Assembly (NCBI GenBank): GCA_002269645.1
Contig: NIVC01002066.1
Location: 62,001 to 126,000, forward strand
DNA from: Macrostomum lignano
Lineage: Eukaryota
Reading direction: 5' to 3'
DNA: 64,000 nt
Part shown: in pieces, positions 55,855 to 64,000 of the stretch
Numbering within the stretch: position 1 is the stretch's first letter
How the letters are laid out: every line of letters starts with the position of its first letter
Program-made: the position numbers and the translations under genes
The notes under the pieces: model-generated
Databases searched by the model: none
What the model saw: only the letters and a program-made list of their open reading frames with translations
Told to the model about the DNA's origin: nothing

Positions 55855-56589
55855 TCACTTAGCAGCGCTGGTGCTCTCGCGCATAGAGTGGGAGCGGGAC
55901 CGCTTCCTCTCCGCCTTGCGCTCCCTGGCCTCCTTGGCTCGCTGGCCAATCAGCTTGGCGTACTCGGCCGCCTCTTCGCGCTTCTTTGTGGCGCGCCGGC
56001 GCTTCAGAGCCACGCGATGGCGCTTGCGCTGCAGCACAATCGGCGTCACCAGGCGCTGGATCTTCGGCGCTTTGGTGCGCTCCGGCTTGCCCTCCTTGGT
56101 CTTCTTCTTCTGCCGGATCACGTAGGCCCTGACGTCGTCTTTCTTAGTCAGCTGGAACATCCGCCGGATGTTGGAGGCCCGCTTCGGGCCCAGACGGCGC
56201 GGCACGGTGGTGTCAGTGAGGCCGGGGATCTCGCCGGGGCCTTTGTGCACAATCACCAGGCTGAGCACCGACAGGTTCGAGTCCACGATGCAGCCGCGCA
56301 CGGATTTGCGCTTCCGCTCGCCTGTCCGGCGCGGCTTGTAGCAAGAGTGTCCGGCGGACAGCAGCAGGCGGACGCGGCCATTGGTGAGCACGCCCTGCTT
56401 CATGGGGAATCCCTGCTTGTCGTTGCCGCCGCTGATGCGGACAACGTAGCCCTTCCACTCCTCACCAAGGCTGTCGGCTGGCACCTCGGCCGACATGCGC
56501 TTCTCAAAGAACGGCGTCAGCTTTTTGATGTCGTCAACTTCGAAGCATTTCTGCGATCCGGCAGTCGGGAAACTGACGTTGATCTTCAT
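55855..56589 (-). CDS. RPS6: 40S ribosomal protein S6 (eS6), intronless CDS, 244 aa
   Basis: [64 protein letters not shown]; Ser-rich C-terminal phosphorylation tail; AATAAA at 55749-55754 (minus strand). Confidence 0.98.
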   Translation of the reverse strand: MKINVSFPTAGSQKCFEVDDIKKLTPFFEKRMSAEVPADSLGEEWKGYVVRISGGNDKQGFPMKQGVLTNGRVRLLLSAGHSCYKPRRTGERKRKSVRGCIVDSNLSVLSLVIVHKGPGEIPGLTDTTVPRRLGPKRASNIRRMFQLTKKDDVRAYVIRQKKKTKEGKPERTKAPKIQRLVTPIVLQRKRHRVALKRRRATKKREEAAEYAKLIGQRAKEARERKAERKRSRSHSMRESTSAAK

Positions 56590-56607
56590 GGTCGGGCAGC
56601 AGAAGGG

Positions 56608-56626
56608 TTTAAGAAAGAGAGTAGCA
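56608..56626 (-). promoter_or_regulatory. TCT/5'TOP-like pyrimidine initiator of RPS6
   Basis: CTACTCTCTTTCTT ~25-35 nt upstream of the ATG, typical of ribosomal protein genes. Confidence 0.55.
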
Positions 56627-57249
56627 ATGTGAGGGTAAGAGAGAGAAGATATCTTGGAACCACTCTTTTCTTGGAAGTTTTTTTACAGTTTTTTGACCCG
56701 TTTTACTTAGTTTTGTATTGGAGACAACTTGGATCTTGAAAAATTCTCACTTAGGCATATGTAATTATTTACTTTTTAGTTACTTCTTAAGTGGTAGAAG
56801 CAGAATTTTCCAATTGACTTCTTCATCAATCGTTCACACAGACTCCTATTCACTCCAACAGACCAAAACAAATAGTCAAAATAATTATAGTCGTGTAAAT
56901 AGCATCATTTTCGCTCTCGCGTGCGCGTGAACTTATGTGTTTTATGCTCAGTGTACAATCGCTAGTGTACATTGCAAAATCAAATTATATAAAATATCTT
57001 GCTTGGCTTTAGCCACTTCGTGTTTTCTCGGACTAGCTCAAACCTGCCCTTTGCTTATTTTACAGTCGATTATTGTTAAAGTCTAAAACCTTAAATCCTT
57101 AACAGTATAACTAAGGCCTGTCTGTTGAGTTCAGCTCAACTAATAATGAAACTCAACTAAACTAAAATTTACTGGAATGCGGGGTGAAGACTCGCGCTTT
57201 GTCAGGTGGCAACCCAGATATAAATCCAATCACCACTCGGCAACTGTAT

Positions 57250-57450
57250 TGATCCAGCCTATCTTAGAGAAGTCTCCCAGTATTGATGGACCAGAGATGA
57301 CCTACAATGATGCTTTTGAGTCTGTAGAAATCTCACTATGAGCCACAGAAGGTTGAATGGGAAAATTTCTCATTGCCTCCGACACAAAAAGCGCACTTCC
57401 TACCCATGACATACCTTGCTTGCAAGACAAGCATAGCTCAGCTTTGTTGA
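57250..57450 (+). mobile_element. Highly decayed retroelement RNase H remnant
   Basis: KFLIASDTKSAL resembles the non-LTR RNase H xxSDSxSAL motif. Confidence 0.3.
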
Positions 57451-60400
57451 AGTGTGAGTACTTCTGTATTCAATATATGGTTCTATGACAATTGAATTAG
57501 GTTCTAGATTAGGCTCAGGTACTTAATTACCTAAGTGACTCCACCATTCACCCCCTACAAAGACTACATATTTATTTCTACTTATGGAGGTAAGATTTAT
57601 ACCCATATGAATTACACTTGTACAAGGCCAGGCCTCAGCCTCAATATATTAATGCTCAGTGCCCATGAAATAGGAGATACGGAATAGCAAATGCTATTAT
57701 AGTATAAAATAATATACATAATTTTGATTTTGATAAATGTGCTTCTTGAAATTTTGTTGTTGAAGTTTATATTGGCTGCTAACAAAAGTTTTGTTTTTCC
57801 TCATTTAACAAGCATGAGTATGTGTTTATGCAATTACAATAAAGCTTTAATCTTAATATATTGCAATAAATCATATTTTAGCTGAGATTTTAACTAAATT
57901 CATTTCTTGCAGCCTCTGCTCCCTGTCCAATTGAACGTTAACACTTGGTTGCTATCAATTAACTCGACCCAGTCCATTTTGTGTCAATCTGGCTACTTAA
58001 CTTGCTAGATTTGTTTATGTATGAAGGTTGTATGTCCTTATGAAAAGTGGTGCTATCAGTTCTTTGCAGCAAAGATAATAGCAGGCATGTTGAAAATTTA
58101 TTTTAAAAGACCTTGTAGTAAATAAAATGCATTTTTTAATGAGTAGCTCTAGATTGCTTTTAAAGATAGTGATAGTTTAATAATCTGAATAGTAAAAACT
58201 TGGACTTTTAATAAAGTACTATGAAAGTATTAATAATAAGAGGGTCATTATCCCAATAGTTTCTGCAATATTATGAGTTATTAGGGCATTAAAAATTGTA
58301 GCATTCTCAAATTTTAAGTACATGATATATCATTAAATCTTGAATGTGCAGTAAATTTTATTGTGCATACTAAAAAATTGCATTGCTTCAATAAAAGTAA
58401 AATTTAATTAGTAACTATTATTTATACATTAGTTATTAGTCAATTGGTGCCCATGTTTATCCAATGCGACCTGCACTTCTACGTCTGATATTTAGCCTTA
58501 GGCTTGATGGAAAAAGCTAGCACCTACGCGACAATTATTTAACCGCATGCGACTCATTATTCATTTGCTCAATTGCGTGTCATTAACTTTGCAAGATTTT
58601 TTTATTGTAAACCTCACAGTCCTGATTATGGCTGAAGGTATCTTTGAATTCTAAAAGCCATTTTGCTCTGGTGCCCCAGTCATTTGCCCCGCTTAGGTCT
58701 AGCCACTTTGGCTCTAGGCCTTGTCTTCAGCAGAGGGCATCTGAGGTGAACCGTCCCCATTTTTGTTCTGACTGAGCCCCCAAGCCTGGGAAAATTTGTG
58801 AGGGTGCCTGTCCAGCCCTTTCCCAGTGCCATTTGTCTTGTGCAACTCCCCATGGAGATCTTAGTTTAACTAGGTCACTATGCCTGTATCTATTTGCTAT
58901 CCTAGCTTTAGTAAAAGGAGCTACATATGTCCTTTACTATTATTCTTAATTTTCTAAACTACTGTTTATGCAATTGTTCAGCCCCCCCCTCTCTCTCTAA
59001 CTGCCAACCTATTTATGTGAGCCGTGTGAGGCGCCCTATTCATTCATTTTGATTTTGGACCCCTGCCGCGTGGTTATCTATTTTATGACTCTTTGATTCA
59101 TGCACCCACCCCAACTTTGTGTGCCACCTTAGAGTGTACAAGGGGTGATGGCTCAATTCCAGCAGTTGAATTTTATTTCCTCTGGTTGGTTTGAAATTCC
59201 ACCAGTTGGAATATCTTGTGCCCTATTTGAAGGAGCCTTTTCTAATTTTTCAATATTGCTGATCTGACCTGCTAATTGAAGTTTTGGACAACCGCATCAT
59301 GCTCCGCCACATTGACAAGCTTGTGCTATGAGTTCCAACAACCCGAATGATTTTGCCAAGCTGCCGACCACCCGAACACATTGGCTACCAACAAGCGAAG
59401 TTGATGCCCTGCGGGCTTATGCCGCCGCCGCGAGCAGCATGGCGCCAGTGCGAGATTGACTGCGCCAGGCTTTGAACGCGGCCTTTCTGCAGGCGGCCAA
59501 TAAGGGCTGGGTTCAGGTGGACGGGCCGTGGCGGGCCCTGTGCTGCCAAATGCCTCCGCCTGTCACTTGGGATCTGTTAGCTGAAACCCTGCAGCGTGTG
59601 GAAGAATGCCTGTGGCAAGGAGGACCCCGGCCGGCCCTTGCCTTACTGGTGACCATTGCATATTGGGAGGCCAGCCACCTCTAGCAAGGATGGCTCCTGC
59701 GCCTGTGGCAATTTTGGGACGCTGCTATTGAACGCCGCCCCAAGCACCTGCATTACAACGGTCAGTGGCTGCAGCTGCTTGGCGCGCCGCCCCAGCCGAG
59801 GCCTGTCCAGCCCGACCCTAGTGCTCCTGCTTGCCGAGGCTGGCCGGCGACGCGGGGCCGGCAGACCTCTGGGTTTTTTTTGCCAGAGACAAGGTGCAAA
59901 ATCGCACCTTGTGCCAAATTTCAAGGTGCAATTTTAAGGCTCAGAGTGCAATTTCTCTTGAGTCTTGTTTCAGACAACTGGGAATATATAGACATGTCTT
60001 ATGTCTATACATCTTTGTACAAAGAATGCCTTGACCTCTTGTCTATTATCTCATCTTCAGATCGCTGCTTTGATAAATGGTAACATGATGAAAAATACTA
60101 TAACAAAGAAGTTGCTACTTTGTATCAATTCTCCCATTTTTTCATAGGAGAAAAATTGAGACTGGTCACTGAAATATTACAATATAGTATGAAGTGAGCA
60201 CTAGTTTAGTGTTAGGTGCCCCCTTTGCAGCTGTGCCTTGAGCCCATCTGAGCTGTTGGCTGCCGCTAGCTGCAGCTCTCCCCCTTTCTCTCCCTCTCTC
60301 TCCCTCTCCCGCTCCCTCTCTCCCTCTCCCTCCCTCATTGTCATTTTGTCTGCCTGCGCTCCCCTTTTTTCCCCCTTTTTCCAGTTTGTTTGCATTCCCA

Positions 60401-61619
60401 GTGTCTGAGCTCCTCCGCTCAGCCTGTCCTTTATTCATCGTCTGTCTGGCCTTCCCCCTCCTCTTTCTTGTGTGGCTGCAGTTGTTCTCCCTGTCTGGCC
60501 TGTATGGTAGTGGATCACGTGCCCCGGCGCTCTGTCCTTTTCTTGCGCTGCCTTGTGCAATCTTGGGTGTCAGTCTCTAAATTTGGAATAGCATCCTTGC
60601 CTTTCAGACGGGGCTACGCGCTTGTTTCTAAAAATAGAACTGAATCACGCCAGGTTGGGGGGCGCAGTAAGAGCGGCCTTGCGCACTCTAGTGCAATGGG
60701 GTGTTGCACGGTATGGTGAAATCGATCTGCTATCTTATAAGTATGGGCCTCTTGTGCCTCTGTTTGGCAAAGTTTCTTCCAACCCTTCTGTTAACCCTCC
60801 TCTCAACTCCGTGCTTAACCTCTCCTTCTGCCGCCCTTCATTTACAAGTCTGGGCTAACATTACGCTCACTTATAAGGCTCACGCAGCTCGCGCTAGCTC
60901 TTGCCAACTTAACTCAAATTCTGATCCATCTTCGACTAAGTGCCTGAGTGTGAGCTAAAACCCCAGACAAGTTAACCAGAAACTAGCACAGTTCCTCCTC
61001 CCGCACTTGAGCCCAGCAGGACCGCTGACGAGGTGTGTACCAGTGCAAACTGTCAAATCTGCACAGCGTGCTGAGTTCTCGTGTCTCATTTATTTCGCTC
61101 AGCTTGGAGTCTCCCTTACTGAAAGACAAGATCTGAGCAAGCTGGTGGCAGCACTACCTACGCTACAAGTATCATTTCTAAGAAACAGGCAGTTAGAGGT
61201 CACTGCCCTATGCCAGAAGACCTGCCAAGCCGTCTCGGGTCAACATCGAGGAAGCCTGTACTTTATTGGTGGCAACAAATTGATTGAAGGCCTCTAGACA
61301 ACAACAGGCAAGACAAACTAGAAACCACCAAAAACACCTACAAGTACTTCATTGGTGGCAGCGGTGGGATTCAAAGACCTGCCAGGCCACTTCTAGACAG
61401 CAAGAAACAAAGAGTACCAACACTTCAAGTACATTTTAATGATTTATAGTTAGAATTTAGCAAATTAACAATTGCTTTTGCTTAATACTAATTTAGCTTT
61501 TGTATTATTGTTTTTGTTTGCATTTAAATAAACATACATATTATATATCATGTGAATTATCGATTACATATTAAATACCACTCAAAAAACAATCTAAAAA
61601 TTAAAATAAAAGTATTATA

Positions 61620-62591
61620 CTTTGGGTGTGTCATAAGTAATGTCACTGCAGGCTTCTGTCTAAAATATGTAGGCACATGGACTTGTGGGTAGCATAGCTG
61701 CAAAGTATACTTAGTGAAGCAATACCAGTGCATTTGAGATGTGCATAGGTTGTTTATGGCCCAAGCTATCGCAAGAATACGCCAAGCAGATTTAGCAAGT
61801 GCAACGCGATGAAAAATTGTCTATGCAGCAAACAAAAATCACCATGAATCCTGACAAGACGCCTGCATCAAGCAGATCCGCAAGGTGTTCAGCAGGCGGG
61901 GCTTGAATGACATCCTAAACTGCCTGGTTGCTGAGGATGAAAGCTGGCTCCACCTGGATGGCAAGGGCAGCAAGGCAGACAATCGCTGCTGGCTGGGAGC
62001 TGGGGACTCCAGGGCGACTGTGACCAGGAAGTCCATCTTGGACAAGAAGACCATGCTGCTGGTAGCCTTCACGCCAAATGAATGAGTCTCCATTTGCACA
62101 ACTCCACTGAACACCAAAGTCGATGGCCAGTATTTTATTGACTTTATCCGGCACACTGGAGACCTCTGGCGCAATCTCCAGTCAAATCCATGTCACCTGG
62201 ACGAGGTTCTGTGGCAGATGGACACCGCACGGCTGCACACCTGTAAGGCTTTTTCGAATTTTCTGCCTGCATGGTGAGTGAATCTGCTCTGACAGAGTCC
62301 CTACAGCCCAGACTTCAACTTGTGCAAGAGATTCCTGTTCAAATGGCTGAAGGCTGAATTTTCCAAGAAGAGTTTCGCAAACCATGAAGAGGTCAAACAG
62401 GCCGCATTGCACTGGTTATGGCAGTTGGAGGAAAAACACCTGTAGGCTGAGGTGGACAAGCTGTATGAGCACTGCCAGAGGGTGATTGATATTGGGGGAC
62501 TCTATGTTGTTGAGTGGTACAGTTTTGTTCATCTGCGATTGCAAGTTTGTCTGTTTTCACATCAGTGACATTACTTATGACACACCCAAAG
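61620..62591 (+). mobile_element. mariner (DD34D) transposon, internally deleted, non-autonomous
   Basis: Perfect 29-bp TIRs (ctttgggtgtgtcataagtaatgtcactg) at 61620-61648 and 62563-62591 with TA TSDs. Remnant motifs: VAEDESW, WQMDTARLH, QSPYSPDFNLC..FLFKWLK. Several in-frame stops. Confidence 0.92.
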
Positions 62592-64000
62592 TAGACTAAA
62601 CAAGGCTATATGTATATCAAATCTGGCATAGCATTAAAACAATAAATGACATATTATTATTAATACATAAAGACATTCTATATGTCTAGTTTAATAAAAG
62701 GTTTTTAGATTATAACAATATAAGATTAGTTTGTAGTTTATTTGTTATTTTATTATAATAAAATATACTAAAAATACTAATATTATTTAGTCTGTCTAAG
62801 TCTACTTTAATTTACTATAAGCCATAACTATATACATACTCAAAGTACATATTATATAATAATTAATAATAGTATAAATATTAGTATGTATGTATACTAT
62901 TAGTATTATAATATTATTGTACATATATAGGCCCAGCATAGACATAATATAGTACAGTTAAATAGTAATATTAATTTTATAATTTAACTGTCACAATTAT
63001 TTTACAATAATTTTATAATAATAATTACTTATACTAAAAATAAAAAAATAAAGTAAATGTAATTTGGGCCTACTGCCTAATCAAACATTTTTGCAATAGA
63101 AGCTCACTGATTATGTTATATCCAGACTCTATCAGTCTTTTTGACTTATAATTTATGATTGATAACTTTAAATTATAATTACCTACTACACAAACAATAG
63201 AAATTGGCATTAGTCCTTATAGATAGTCTATCTATTGATTTTATTTATCTATTCTAGGCCTATTGATTATCTATGATTTAATTGTAGATATAAGCCTTAG
63301 GCTATTAGATTATGAATTTGAATTTAATATTTTACTTCAGTAGAACTTATGATTAGATAGACCTTTAGATTCTTATAATTTGCATTTGTATTATATCTAT
63401 AGATTATATATACAACTAAATAAACACAAGGCTACTGCTTAACTTATACTTAACATTCTAAGAAAGAGTGAAGACTCCGAAGAGTCAAGAGTGGGCCTTT
63501 TCATATTACCAATTCCAGAACCAGAATCGGTTCGGAATTCCAAGAAAAACAGCAGTATAACTATTAAACTCTGTTAATATTTGACTGCTTTAACAATCTA
63601 ACTTAGCACAATTTTTCACTTTCTTCTTGGCGATTGTCATTCAATAATAAAAACTTTATAGTACGTATCTCCATCTAGTTATGGAGACAAAAAGTTATAC
63701 TTCACAAATTGGTTCTGGTTCTAGAACCAGAGCAAGCAATATGAAAAGGCCCAGTGAAGATGTCAAAAGTAAAAAAAGTTTAAGTTTATACTAATATACT
63801 AGATAAATTATCATCATTCATCATTGATTAAAAAGGCCAAATTTAATGTGATCAAAGATCATATGATTTTTATATAATTTTTCATATATTTTAATATCTT
63901 ACATAAGGCTATAGCCATAGGCTATATGACTTAATAGGATTTAAAGAGTTATTTTGTTTTATATTTTAAGGCAGTGCATGAAAAATAGCTTAAGCATGGT

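Noticed and set aside
55888-56739. 283-aa plus-strand ORF
   Set aside because: Antisense shadow of GC-rich RPS6 codons.
59889-59912. Helitron 3' terminal hairpin
   Set aside because: No CTRR terminus follows and no 5' TC end was found.

Overview
Eukaryotic (animal) genomic DNA with spliced genes, GC-rich coding exons and repeat-laden introns. The gene families and style suggest a free-living flatworm such as Macrostomum, but this is inference only. Left to right: (1) a decayed C-type lectin/VWA/LDLa-like gene (-, ~1-7.3 kb) mixed with SINE, Gypsy and mariner debris; (2) Penelope-like and LOA/Lian-type non-LTR fragments; (3) an internally deleted Mag-type Gypsy element with 85-bp LTRs and a 5-bp TSD; (4) a 3-exon gene (+, 14445-27213, ~1762 aa) with a hydrophobic minisatellite-derived N-terminus, ~22 near-identical atypical ankyrin repeats, 3 canonical ankyrin repeats and a Mab-21/cGAS-like nucleotidyltransferase with intact catalytic motifs; its first intron holds a second Gypsy element and ten tandem copies of the splice acceptor; (5) a single-pass Ig-domain receptor gene (-); (6) a tail-to-tail inverted pair of intact 8-exon ABCH-type half transporters with a patchwork of sequence identity; (7) intronless RPS6; (8) an unclassified GC-rich decayed segment and a non-autonomous mariner. 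The best candidate for a new system is the ankyrin-array cGAS-like receptor (cGLR), with variable repeats and decoy splice sites. Most long ORFs in the supplied track over 28-36, 39-41 and 45-46 kb are artefacts of simple repeats.
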